The position numbers and the translations under genes were made by a program. Below are positions 29,211-39,180 of a stretch of DNA of 64,000 nucleotides, one piece after another. The notes under the pieces were generated by a model. That model was given only the letters and a program-made list of their open reading frames with translations. It did not search any database and was not told the origin of the DNA. Origin of the DNA: Promethearchaeota archaeon (GTDB lineage: Archaea; Asgardarchaeota; Lokiarchaeia; Sigyniarchaeales; SOKP01); NCBI GenBank assembly GCA_048941285.1, contig JBHLNS010000002.1:91030-155029 (forward strand), read 5' to 3'. Each line of letters starts with the position of its first letter. The stretch's first letter is position 1.

Positions 29211-30320
29211 TTATATGAAAAAATCTAACAAGAGTAGTATAAATTCCATAATAAAGACAACGCTAAGCAGAATTTCAACATAAAGTAAAAATTTTTCATT
29301 AATATTTGTTTGCGAGACATTATAAATGTTTTCTAACGTTTCAAGCCGATGTCTTATACTTTCGCTCCATTGCTTTAATTGAAATAATTCCGATAAATGA
29401 GTATATATTTCAGCTAAAAAGTAATCTCCAATTAGTTTTGACACATTTTCAATATTTTCTAGTAAAAATAACAAATCATATCTTAATCGAATTAGCCGTC
29501 CAACTTTTCTTTTGAATCGTCTTAATAAACTCCGACTTTTAAAATAAATTTTGCGTATATCTTCTTCTGCTATTGCTAATCTTCTATCTAGTAATTTGTC
29601 TAGTGTACGTAATTCGAGTAATTGGTAATTAGCAATCTCGACTACATATAAAATATCTTCATAATCATAATTAGGATCAATTATTAGCCCTCTATCAAAA
29701 TCAAATATTATTAGGTCATTTTTCAAATATGAAAAAGGCTTTTTAAGTGTTTTATTAATTTGTTCCTTACTGAGGTTTAGTTTTGGATTTTCTCCCATAA
29801 GTAGAGCTGAAAAGTAACCTTTTTCACTTTCAATCAATTCTTTGGGGTTAGTTAAACTATCAGTAATACAATATAACGTATATTTTTCATATTCAGACTC
29901 ACCAAATATGAATCCTTCTTCTCCTATATAATCTCTTATTTGGTTAAAGACTTTATTCTGATGGAATTTCAAAAAATTATTTATTTGAAATTCTCCATCA
30001 GAAGTCTTAAATTTAATTTTTCTAAGGGTGTGTAATTCATTAAATGAGAAATCTCGAAAAGGTAGTCTGGCAATTAAAGAGATCACACCATCTGAATATA
30101 ATTTAACATGTAGAGTTAAATCTTCAACATTTTTTATTTCACAGGATATTTTCTGAGTGACTTCTAATAGTAAAGGTACGGGAAAGTCTACATAGGAAGG
30201 GGTATCTCGAGTTTTAATAATCCTTTTATCTTGAATTGCAGGGATAATTTTCATTACATCTTGTAAATTAATGCTACGTCCTACATCAGTCATTCGGAAA
30301 AAAATTGCTTCGCCATTCAA
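29211..30320 (-). CDS. RMD1/DUF155-like protein with C-terminal TM
   Basis: QLLELRTLD, KLIGDYFLAEIY, W...I..RLE, hydrophobic C-terminal helix. Confidence 0.6.
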   Translation of the reverse strand: MNGEAIFFRMTDVGRSINLQDVMKIIPAIQDKRIIKTRDTPSYVDFPVPLLLEVTQKISCEIKNVEDLTLHVKLYSDGVISLIARLPFRDFSFNELHTLRKIKFKTSDGEFQINNFLKFHQNKVFNQIRDYIGEEGFIFGESEYEKYTLYCITDSLTNPKELIESEKGYFSALLMGENPKLNLSKEQINKTLKKPFSYLKNDLIIFDFDRGLIIDPNYDYEDILYVVEIANYQLLELRTLDKLLDRRLAIAEEDIRKIYFKSRSLLRRFKRKVGRLIRLRYDLLFLLENIENVSKLIGDYFLAEIYTHLSELFQLKQWSESIRHRLETLENIYNVSQTNINEKFLLYVEILLSVVFIMEFILLLLDFFI

Positions 30321-30476
30321 TTGGGAAATAACCTTATTATTATTGATGCAATGAAACTTAATTTCAGAATTTACTTTAAGACTAAATGATTAATTTTAAT
30401 TTAAATTTAATCAAGTTTAAATTTTTTTTTCACTTTTATAAGAATTATTTTATGATAAATATCTATAGAGCATAAA

Positions 30477-31796
30477 ATGTTGGAAGATCTTTGGCTTCTG
30501 ATTATAATATTTGGTATTTTTGCTATTGTTTTAGTAGGTTACTCATCAAAAAAATTAGATTTTGTAGTAATTTCTTTATTTTGTTGCTTTTTAGCGGGAA
30601 CTATAACTGGTATAGTCAAGAATTTAGATATAGTCGATTTTATATCATTTATTGAATTTGAAGCGATAATCGTTATTTTATGTATGAGTATTATTACTAA
30701 AATTGCGCAGGAATCAAATATTCTAGAATTCTTAGCAGTAAAACTTTTTAAAATCTCAAAGGGTAATAGAAAAATTTTTTTTTATTTAATCTGTTTTATT
30801 ACGACTCTTTTAGCGGCAATAATAAGTGATGTTGTCGTAGTATTAATATTAGCTCCAGTTGTAATACGTTTATGCCGTTTTTTAAAAATAAAAGCTGGAA
30901 CTTATTTGTTGGGTATGACAATTTGCATAAATATTGGCTCAATTATAACACCATTTTCTAGTGGAGAAAATATTATTATTGCTGCCGAATTTAACCTTAA
31001 TACTATTTATTTTATAACCTATTACTGGGGATTCTCTTTTTTCCTTTTATTTATAACCGCTTTTTTAATAGATAAAGTGCAATTAAGTAAAGAACCTGAA
31101 ATAGAAGATCTTCAAAAAAAATATGTTCTTGATCTAGTTGATGCTAAAGTAATGATATCAAATAAAAAAATGTTTTATTTCAATAGCATAGCAATTATAA
31201 TAACAATAGCATTATTCGCAATTCTACCGCTTCTTTACTTAACGGCAGCATTTTCAACATTTTTATTAGTTTTAATCAATAGGAAATTTACTAAAAAAAA
31301 GATGGGTGAATTTTTAAAAGACGTAGAATGGGAAATCATTTTCTTTTTTATTTCATTATATGTAATAGTTGGCTGTTTAGGAGTAGCAGGTTTTGAGGAT
31401 CTTTTTAAAGGAATCCCGTTTGAGACTTTAGATCCTTTCTTAGTCAGTTTAATTGTTTTAGTCCTTGTTAGTTTTGTGTCGGGATTTGTAGCTAATACAC
31501 CCACCGCTTTAGTATTTATTCCAATTATAAGATTGTTAGTGACTGGAATCTCTGATGGGGGATTTGGGTTTCCTTCAGTCCCATTATTTTATTCTTTAAT
31601 AATTGCGGTGAATATTGGAGGAAATTTAATTCCTCAAGGTGCAGCTTGTGATGTAATGACATTAAAAATTGCGCAAAATAATAATGTTGAGAATTTTAGT
31701 TTCAAAAGATTGTTGAAAGTTGGTGCGACCTTTGCCATAATCCATATAGTTTTATCTATTGGATATTTATTTATATTAACTCTATTTTATGGCTAA
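30477..31796 (+). CDS. ArsB/NhaD/SLC13-type (IT superfamily) anion permease
   Basis: NIGSIITP..ENIII, VEWEIIFFF, SGFVANTP, NIGGNLIP. Confidence 0.85.
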   Translation: MLEDLWLLIIIFGIFAIVLVGYSSKKLDFVVISLFCCFLAGTITGIVKNLDIVDFISFIEFEAIIVILCMSIITKIAQESNILEFLAVKLFKISKGNRKIFFYLICFITTLLAAIISDVVVVLILAPVVIRLCRFLKIKAGTYLLGMTICINIGSIITPFSSGENIIIAAEFNLNTIYFITYYWGFSFFLLFITAFLIDKVQLSKEPEIEDLQKKYVLDLVDAKVMISNKKMFYFNSIAIIITIALFAILPLLYLTAAFSTFLLVLINRKFTKKKMGEFLKDVEWEIIFFFISLYVIVGCLGVAGFEDLFKGIPFETLDPFLVSLIVLVLVSFVSGFVANTPTALVFIPIIRLLVTGISDGGFGFPSVPLFYSLIIAVNIGGNLIPQGAACDVMTLKIAQNNNVENFSFKRLLKVGATFAIIHIVLSIGYLFILTLFYG

Positions 31797-31802
31797 ATTT
31801 AT

Positions 31803-32549
31803 ATGACCCATAATAGAAAAATTCTTATTGTATTAGTATTAGGAATAGGATTAATTATAGCTTCGATTCCAATAATTTTTATAATTATTTCAAATACAAA
31901 ACAGGATCAAAAAATTAATATTAGTTTTACACCTAAACAAATGAAATCATGCCCTAATCATACTGCTTGGTTACTTCTAGATATATCAACTAAAACTAGC
32001 GATTTAATGTCTAATTTAACTTTTCAGATTAACTTCAATATTTTTATAAAAATGAAGTATGAAGTTTGGGAGAATTCTCCACAAAATAAGCTAATTGAGA
32101 TTTTTTTATTTCCCAATATTACTCATATCGACAATTTAATTGAAATTGAGGCCGCAGTACATAGTGAAGGAATTTCTAAAAAAGAGTATGCATTTGTTGA
32201 AGTCATAAATTGGACAATGTATATTTCTCCTGAAATTATTGCTATGAGAAATGCATTCGTAAATTATTTATCTAAAAATCAAACAAGGTTTAAAATAAAT
32301 GAGACAACACAGTGGGAATGGCTTGGAAATCCACCTCAGATTTTAGTTGTTGAACATTATCTTTTCAAATCAATATATTGGGAGATGGAATTAAATAGAC
32401 ATGTGATGATTGCACCCGATGATTGGGTGAAAGTCTATCTAAGGCCAAGGTCAAGTTTATTTCCAAACTGGTCTGGAAGAATTAATTCATGGAGTAGTGG
32501 AAATCACACAGTAATAGAAGAAGACCCTCCTAATGAAATTTTCCGTTAA
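31803..32549 (+). CDS. Membrane-anchored hypothetical protein
   Basis: N-terminal RK plus TM segment; Trp-rich soluble domain. Confidence 0.65.
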   Translation: MTHNRKILIVLVLGIGLIIASIPIIFIIISNTKQDQKINISFTPKQMKSCPNHTAWLLLDISTKTSDLMSNLTFQINFNIFIKMKYEVWENSPQNKLIEIFLFPNITHIDNLIEIEAAVHSEGISKKEYAFVEVINWTMYISPEIIAMRNAFVNYLSKNQTRFKINETTQWEWLGNPPQILVVEHYLFKSIYWEMELNRHVMIAPDDWVKVYLRPRSSLFPNWSGRINSWSSGNHTVIEEDPPNEIFR

Positions 32550-32562
32550 GAATCTAAAAAAA

Positions 32563-33801
32563 TTAATGGGTGTGGCTTTTACCATTCTCATCGAAAATGT
32601 ATTTAACACCTTTTTTGAGGGGGGATATCTTCCTCAATCTTTCAATTATAGTTGGTAACTTTGTCAAAAAATAATCGATATCATGTTCTGTAGTAAACCT
32701 TCCTAAAGTAACTCTTAAAGAACCATGAGCCTCTTCAGGCTTTAATCCGATCGCTAAAAGTACATGGCTAGGATCCAGCGATTTGGATGAACAAGCTGAA
32801 CCAGTTGATGTAGCAATTCCTTCTGCATCCAAATCCAATACAATGGATTCTCCTTCTATATACCTAAAACCTAAATTCACATTATTGGGAAGTCTTTGTG
32901 TAGGATGCCCGTTTAAGTAACTATCCTCAATATTTTCTGTTACCCATTTAATTATCCTATCTCTTAGTTTTATTTGTCTCAAAATTTCTTTCTCCATTTC
33001 ATCTTTAGCTAATTCTACGGCTTTAGCAAAACCTGCAATCCCTGGAACATTTACTGTGCTTGGCCTCATATCCCTTTCATGACCCCCACCATACATAATA
33101 GGTTCAATAAATTTACCCCAACCTTCTTTTACTCCTTTATTTCGAATGTACAGCATACCTACACCTTTCGGTCCATAAAGCTTATGAGCAGAGGCAGATA
33201 ACAGATCAATATTCATCTCTTTTACATCTATTGGAACTTTTCCAAAAGCTTGTACTGCATCTGTGTGAAAAATAACCCCATACTTTTTTGTAATCTCCCC
33301 AATTTCTTTTATTGGTTGAATAGTACCAATCTCATTATTAGCAAACATGACACTTATTAGAATAGTTTTTTTTGTAATTGCATTTTCTAAGTCGTTAATG
33401 CTAATAACACCATATTTATCAACCGGTAGGAAGGTAACCGTAAACCCTCTTTTTTCTAATTCCTTGAAGGGATTTTCTACAGCATGATGTTCAATTACAG
33501 TCGTAATAATATGGTTACCCTTCTCTTTGTTTTTTGATGTCACCCCAAAAATTGCTAGGTTATCAGCTTCTGTACCCGAGGAGGTAAAAAAAATATCATC
33601 TCTATTCGCATTAATTAAAGAGGCAATAGTTTCACGCGATTTTAATAATATTTGACCCGCTTTTTGTCCTATAGAATGTAAACTGGAGGAATTTCCATAG
33701 GTCTCTTTAAAATGCTTATTTACTTCTGCAATCACCTTAGGATCCATTGGAGTAGTCGCAGCGTTATCAAGGTAAACATATTTTATATCGTTCATAATCA
33801 A
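32563..33801 (-). CDS. iscS: Cysteine desulfurase (NifS/IscS type, MisS)
   Basis: YLDNAATT, HTDAVQ, SAHKLYGPKG, STGSACSS. Confidence 0.95.
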   Translation of the reverse strand: MIMNDIKYVYLDNAATTPMDPKVIAEVNKHFKETYGNSSSLHSIGQKAGQILLKSRETIASLINANRDDIFFTSSGTEADNLAIFGVTSKNKEKGNHIITTVIEHHAVENPFKELEKRGFTVTFLPVDKYGVISINDLENAITKKTILISVMFANNEIGTIQPIKEIGEITKKYGVIFHTDAVQAFGKVPIDVKEMNIDLLSASAHKLYGPKGVGMLYIRNKGVKEGWGKFIEPIMYGGGHERDMRPSTVNVPGIAGFAKAVELAKDEMEKEILRQIKLRDRIIKWVTENIEDSYLNGHPTQRLPNNVNLGFRYIEGESIVLDLDAEGIATSTGSACSSKSLDPSHVLLAIGLKPEEAHGSLRVTLGRFTTEHDIDYFLTKLPTIIERLRKISPLKKGVKYIFDENGKSHTH

Positions 33802-33910
33802 TCTAAACCCAATAATTTTGAGACTAATATCATTAAATATTTATTATGCTTAAATTATTAATTCTTCTTATTACAAAATATTAATAAAAAACAAATTCAA
33901 ACTTAGTAAA

Positions 33911-34477
33911 ATGCCGTTTAAATTAATGATTGGAATGACTGGAACAGGATATATGCTTGAAGAATCAATTATGTTAATGAAAGAATTACAAGATAATTAC
34001 GACATCGATATAACTGTAATTTTATCGAAAGAGGGTGCTGCGGTTATTAAATGGTATAAAAAGTGGCTTTCATTGACTGAAACTGTGAAAAAAGTAAAAG
34101 TAGAAATAACACCTAATATTCCCTTTTATGCTGGGCCATTACAACTAGGGAATTATGATATGTTTTTAGTTTGTCCTGTTTCTGCTAATTCTGTTGCTAA
34201 AATAGTTTATGGAATAGCAGATACAATTATCACTAATTGCATTGCTCAAGCTATCAAAGGAGGCCAAACTGTCTATATTTTTCCATCTGATCAAGATACT
34301 GAGCCTATTGTAACTTCTAGACCAGATGGTTCCCCATTAGTTTTAAAGATACGAGATATAGAACTTGAAAATATAAAGAAATTAAGAAATATGGAAGGGA
34401 TTGTTGTAATATCAGACTTTTCTAAAATAAAACCATTAATCTTGGAAAAGGTTAAAGAAAAGAGCAATAAATCCTAA
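33911..34477 (+). CDS. afpA: Archaeoflavoprotein AfpA / DmrX-like flavoprotein
   Basis: GMTGTG, PVSANSVAKIVYGIADT, PSD. Confidence 0.75.
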   Translation: MPFKLMIGMTGTGYMLEESIMLMKELQDNYDIDITVILSKEGAAVIKWYKKWLSLTETVKKVKVEITPNIPFYAGPLQLGNYDMFLVCPVSANSVAKIVYGIADTIITNCIAQAIKGGQTVYIFPSDQDTEPIVTSRPDGSPLVLKIRDIELENIKKLRNMEGIVVISDFSKIKPLILEKVKEKSNKS

Positions 34478-34484
34478 AATTATT

Positions 34485-34925
34485 TTAAGCTTCAAATTTT
34501 ACGGGTTTTATTGCACTCTCTGGACAAAGTAACTGGCATTTTAAACATCCTTGACATTTAGCAATTTCCCTATATTTGTATCTAATCCCTTCTTCTTCTC
34601 TTCCTACTTTCTTCACTATATCTTTATAGAATAAATTTTTAGGACAGAATTTACCATTTTCGTCAAGGCATTTTTCACATAGAGAGCATTTCTCATGATC
34701 TATTTTAATACTTACAATTTGTTCCGGACTTGTAATTGAAGTTACTTCTATAGAATTTCTCGGACAAACTTGAACACAATTCAAACAAGCTTTACATTTA
34801 ACATAATCTACTTTTCTGATTCCGTGTTCAAAATAAATTGCCTTAGCTTTGCAAGCTCTTAAGCATCGCTCACATCTTACACACAATTCTTGATCAATTT
34901 GAACTGGAATAAATTTTTCTCTAAT
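34485..34925 (-). CDS. Multi-[4Fe-4S] ferredoxin
   Basis: Four CxxCxxC motifs; N-terminus extended to a putative ATT start (IREKFIPVQIDQELC). Confidence 0.88.
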   Translation of the reverse strand: MREKFIPVQIDQELCVRCERCLRACKAKAIYFEHGIRKVDYVKCKACLNCVQVCPRNSIEVTSITSPEQIVSIKIDHEKCSLCEKCLDENGKFCPKNLFYKDIVKKVGREEEGIRYKYREIAKCQGCLKCQLLCPESAIKPVKFEA

Positions 34926-35119
34926 AAAAAATTACCTCAGAGATTCTTTTCAAATAAGTCATATATGTCTATTTAATCAAAAACAGTGTATATTTTAAAC
35001 TTATTTTTTATTAAAAAAAAGGATGGTTATTTTCGATAATAGGTTTTGAAATATTTTCAGAAAAACTATAATAAAATATAAGAGAAAAAAGTTGGAACTC
35101 ATTAAAAGAATTATTTCCC

Positions 35120-35911
35120 TTATTGGAAATAACCAGTATATTCTTTTCCAGTTCCAGGTAATTGTTGCTGTTGTTGATATTGTTGGGCTTTTTGCGCTAA
35201 TTCCAACATCTTAGCTTTTATTTCTTTTCCTTGTTCGATAAGAGAGGCAGTATCAATGGTCAAATTATACATTTTATTTAATACTTCTAAAATGCTTGCA
35301 GCACCCTCTGGAGTAGGAATTTCTAACACGGGAGTAAATAATGCAAAAGCATTGAGTCTATTTGTTAGCGCTTCATTTAAGACCGTCGCCTCAGGACCAA
35401 CGATGATTCCTTTCTCAACTTTTTTAATCCCAAATTTTTCAAGTTGTGCCATCATCCCTTCCTCAGCAGCATAATAAACTGGATAGTCATCAATGATACC
35501 TCTCTGTGGAATTCCTTGAAATATAATGATTTCTTTTGCTTTCACATCTTCAGATAAAGCCCAATTACAAATGGTTTTACTTAAATCATTATATGCAGTG
35601 GGAATCTGAAATGGAACTTCACAAATACCAACAATCAAATTATTTTTTGGAGAATAAAGTAATCTGAATGGATGTTTTAATACACCTTCATAAAACACTG
35701 AAATAGGTGGAAGATATTCAGATGTCACAAATCCGATTTCTTTTATATCTGGAAGCTGTTCGATTATTGTGTTAGCAACAATAGGGCCAATTAGCCCAAT
35801 TCCGGCAAAACCAAGAACGAATGTTGCACCTGGTTTAATTTCAACACTTACATCCTCAATTATAATGCTAGATCTCTTACCCTTTTCACAAATATATTCC
35901 TTCTTTACCAT
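35120..35911 (-). CDS. PAC2-family proteasome assembly chaperone
   Basis: GFAGIGLIGPIVA, PFRL, PTPEGAA; GGTGAG SD before ATG 35911. Confidence 0.85.
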   Translation of the reverse strand: MVKKEYICEKGKRSSIIIEDVSVEIKPGATFVLGFAGIGLIGPIVANTIIEQLPDIKEIGFVTSEYLPPISVFYEGVLKHPFRLLYSPKNNLIVGICEVPFQIPTAYNDLSKTICNWALSEDVKAKEIIIFQGIPQRGIIDDYPVYYAAEEGMMAQLEKFGIKKVEKGIIVGPEATVLNEALTNRLNAFALFTPVLEIPTPEGAASILEVLNKMYNLTIDTASLIEQGKEIKAKMLELAQKAQQYQQQQQLPGTGKEYTGYFQ

Positions 35912-36145
35912 AATTCTCACCAATTATGTAGATTTTTATTTTAAGTATATGTTTTGATTATATTGTAATTTCTTCTTATGTTATTTATTGAGCTTAAATT
36001 ATTAAAATTAACTTATTATAAATCATTAAAATGAAATTCATTCTTAGATTTGGATTTTTGATTTACATTTTTATTTTAGACAAGATTTATAACCTTAAGA
36101 AATATACAAAAGAAAATTAAATTGCTCAATATTAGGTGAATTATA

Positions 36146-36943
36146 TTGATTCTAGAAGTGAAAGATTTAAGTATACCCACAATTGATCAGCAATGTGTAA
36201 TTCTAAACAAGGTTTCATTTGGCGTAAAAGAAGGGTCAATTCATGCTATTATTGGCCCAAATGGTTCGGGTAAATCAACATTAGCATATACCATTATGGG
36301 ATTACAAAATTATAAACCCTCAGAAGGCAGAATATATTTCGATGGAATTGATATAACAAATATTGATATAACTGAACGTGCTAAGTTAGGGATAACTTTA
36401 GCGTGGCAAGAACCTGCTAGAATAGATGGATTATCTATTCCCAAATATATTTCTCTTGGGGTTAAGGATAAAAAAAACCTTAAAGAACGAATAACTGAAG
36501 CTTTAAAAATCGTAAATCTTGAGCCTGAACGATATATGAATCGAACTATAAATGAGTCTTTGAGTGGAGGAGAGAGGAAACGTATCGAGTTAGCCGCTGC
36601 TATAGCAATGCGACCCAGATTGATTATGTTAGATGAACCTGATTCCGGTTTAGATTTTATAGTAATTGAAGATTTTCTAAACATTTTTGGAAAGATTAAG
36701 GAATTAAATATGACGATTTTATTGATTACACATAGAGAAGATATTGGAATGGTTGCTGATTATGGAACTCTCATTTGGAGAGGAGAGGCAATATTAACTG
36801 ACGAATTTCCTAAGGTTATGTTAAGGTATTGTGCTAAAGCAGGGCTCAAAGATTTCTGTAAAAGAAAATTATTTAATGGGGAAGCTGTTTGTTTCGACGA
36901 AGATTATATTGATAAAATATTTCGAGAGGAAGAAGGATTGTGA
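36146..36943 (+). CDS. sufC: SufC/SmsC ABC ATPase
   Basis: GPNGSGKST, LSGGERKR, LDEPDSG, C-terminal Cys residues. Confidence 0.9.
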   Translation: MILEVKDLSIPTIDQQCVILNKVSFGVKEGSIHAIIGPNGSGKSTLAYTIMGLQNYKPSEGRIYFDGIDITNIDITERAKLGITLAWQEPARIDGLSIPKYISLGVKDKKNLKERITEALKIVNLEPERYMNRTINESLSGGERKRIELAAAIAMRPRLIMLDEPDSGLDFIVIEDFLNIFGKIKELNMTILLITHREDIGMVADYGTLIWRGEAILTDEFPKVMLRYCAKAGLKDFCKRKLFNGEAVCFDEDYIDKIFREEEGL

Positions 36944-37902
36944 ATGGTATTGAATATCCAAAAGAAATATTAGAAAGTCTTGAAGATTATAACATTGATA
37001 TCAGAGACTTCATACCAGGACATGGGAAGGGTGCTAAACTCCTATTAGATTTTAATAAGATCAGAGGAGTAGAACAATTTGATGGAGTGATTTTAAAGGG
37101 TAAAGAAATTGAAAATGGTATAGTTGCAGATGTAGTTATTAAAAAAGGGACAAAAATTGAATAACCAATCCATTTATGCTTCGGAGTTAATAAAGAAACC
37201 GGAATGCAAGAAATTTTTCCAAGAATTATTGCTGAAGATAATACAAAAGCGACTATACAAGCTCACTGTAGTTTTCCAAAAGCAGATGGTTTAATTCACA
37301 AAATGTTTGGGCATTTTTACATTGGAAATGATTGTAATTTCACTTATAATGAGACTCATTACCATGGTGAGAATTCAGGTGCCTTAGTTGCCCCAGTCAC
37401 ATATGTGTATGTTGGAAAGAATAGTGTTTTTGAAAATAACTTTAATCTTACAAGAGGAACGCCTGGTAAAGTGAAAATAATGGTAGATATTTATGCTATG
37501 GAAAATAGTGTAATAAAATCAAATATTAAGGCTTTTGGAAGATGCAAAAAAGACTCAGTAAGAATTAGAGATTCTGTGTTTCTTGAAGGAGAAAATTCTA
37601 GGAGTATTATTAAAATGAAAGCAGCGGCAAAAGATGGAGGAGAAGTTTTAATGTATGGAATCACTGAAGGAAATGCGCCAAATTGTAACGGTCATGTAGA
37701 ATGTAATGAAATTGTTTTAGGAAAAGGATCTATATGTAGGGCACGTCCATTTATCAGAGCAATAGATCCAACCTCAAGTGTTTCGCATGAAGCCTCTTTA
37801 GGAAGATTTCCACAAAAATGGCTTGATGAATTAAAAGCAAAAGGATTAACAGACGAAGAGGCAACTCAAGTTCTTATTGAGGCTATGCTTCAAGAAGAAT
37901 AA
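36940..37902 (+). pseudogene. sufB: SufBD/SmsB interrupted by an in-frame TAA at 37162-37164 (pseudogene or sequence error)
   Basis: ORFs 36940-37164 and 37204-37902 share one frame; reading through gives KKGTKIE*PIHLCFG, then GHVEC and HEASLG. Confidence 0.8.
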
Positions 37903-37941
37903 ATAAAAATATATTAATATATACTGAAATGGAAAAACAAA

Positions 37942-38586
37942 ATGAAAGAAAATACCAAATACCAAAATTATCGTTTTGTAGGAAAAATAAATATAGATGA
38001 AATCCAACCTTGGTTTGATTTTACTACAGCAAAACCATGGGATGATCCTGAAATTCCATGGATATTAGATAATAAGGTTAGACGTGAAATTTTAATAATA
38101 CTTGCTGAACATCCAAAAACATTTAAGGAGATTTATGAACTTGTTGCTTTTTCTCCCAAACCATTATTAATTAAAAAAGAAGAGTATAAGTGCCAAATTT
38201 CTTACCAATGGACAAAAGAATCTATTGAAAATCATCTTAAGACTCTAGAATGGTATAATTTAATTAAATTGAATAAAGAAATTTATAAATTGAATATACC
38301 AATATTCTCAACTAAAGATTTAGATAAATTAGAGAAATATATTATAGCTCTTACAGAAAATTGGATACGTATTATAAAAGACTTAAAATATAAGATTCAA
38401 GAAAAACCAGGAAAGTTTGATAGTATAACCCACTTACCTGCAATTTTAATAGAACTTGCTGTTGAAAAATTATATGAATTACTCAAAAAAGAAGATCTAC
38501 TTCCTAATACGCCTAATATAAAAACATTATGGGCTGAACAACTCAGAAAAATTAATTTTGAAGAATGGGTTGGGATAAATTTTTAA
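37942..38586 (+). CDS. Winged-helix (ArsR-like) domain protein
   Basis: NKVRREILIILA..TFKEI..IENHLKTL...LI. Confidence 0.6.
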   Translation: MKENTKYQNYRFVGKINIDEIQPWFDFTTAKPWDDPEIPWILDNKVRREILIILAEHPKTFKEIYELVAFSPKPLLIKKEEYKCQISYQWTKESIENHLKTLEWYNLIKLNKEIYKLNIPIFSTKDLDKLEKYIIALTENWIRIIKDLKYKIQEKPGKFDSITHLPAILIELAVEKLYELLKKEDLLPNTPNIKTLWAEQLRKINFEEWVGINF

Positions 38587-38685
38587 AAATATTTAGTTTT
38601 TTAATTTAATACCTATTACTAAATAGTTAAATAAATTAATGTTCTAAATAATATATTAAAAAGAAGTTTTATAGATTTTTATAAA

Positions 38686-39180
38686 ATGAAATTAGCGCTA
38701 CTATATTTTAATACGATTACAGGCCCAGAAATTTACTATTCTCATCCAGGTTCAATTATTGAGAAAGTGGGTAAAAAAATTTTAGGCTTTTTTGATTTAG
38801 ATATGTCAGATCAATTTTTTGAAGTTTCTTTAATTGAAGAAGATCTAAGGTTAATTAACTTATATTTTGAAATTACTTCATGTTGGGCACGTGGAAACAA
38901 GGAGATGTTAATGCTTTCAATAATCGCTGATAAAAACCATAAAACTGAAGTATTTTATGATATTTTAAAAGAATATTCGTTAAAAATAATGTCAAGCGTG
39001 AATCTTTATAAAGCATTTTATTTAAAGGGTTATCTTAAACAGAATGATCCTGAGATTGATGCAAAAATAAAAGAATTACATGCAATACTGTTAGAATGTT
39101 ATGAACGATTAAGAGAAAGATTGCAAGCTAATATTGAAGGAGAGAAAATAATTAAAAAATTTAAGAGATTTGAATGGTGA
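38686..39180 (+). CDS. Longin/uDENN-like domain protein
   Basis: LLYFNTITGPEIYYS and WARGNKEMLMLSII resemble uDENN beta-strand motifs. Confidence 0.6.
   Translation: MKLALLYFNTITGPEIYYSHPGSIIEKVGKKILGFFDLDMSDQFFEVSLIEEDLRLINLYFEITSCWARGNKEMLMLSIIADKNHKTEVFYDILKEYSLKIMSSVNLYKAFYLKGYLKQNDPEIDAKIKELHAILLECYERLRERLQANIEGEKIIKKFKRFEW

Noticed and set aside
37162-37164. Stop-codon reassignment, Sec or Pyl readthrough in sufBD
   Set aside because: The codon is TAA, not TGA or TAG, and TAA ends many other genes in the window normally.
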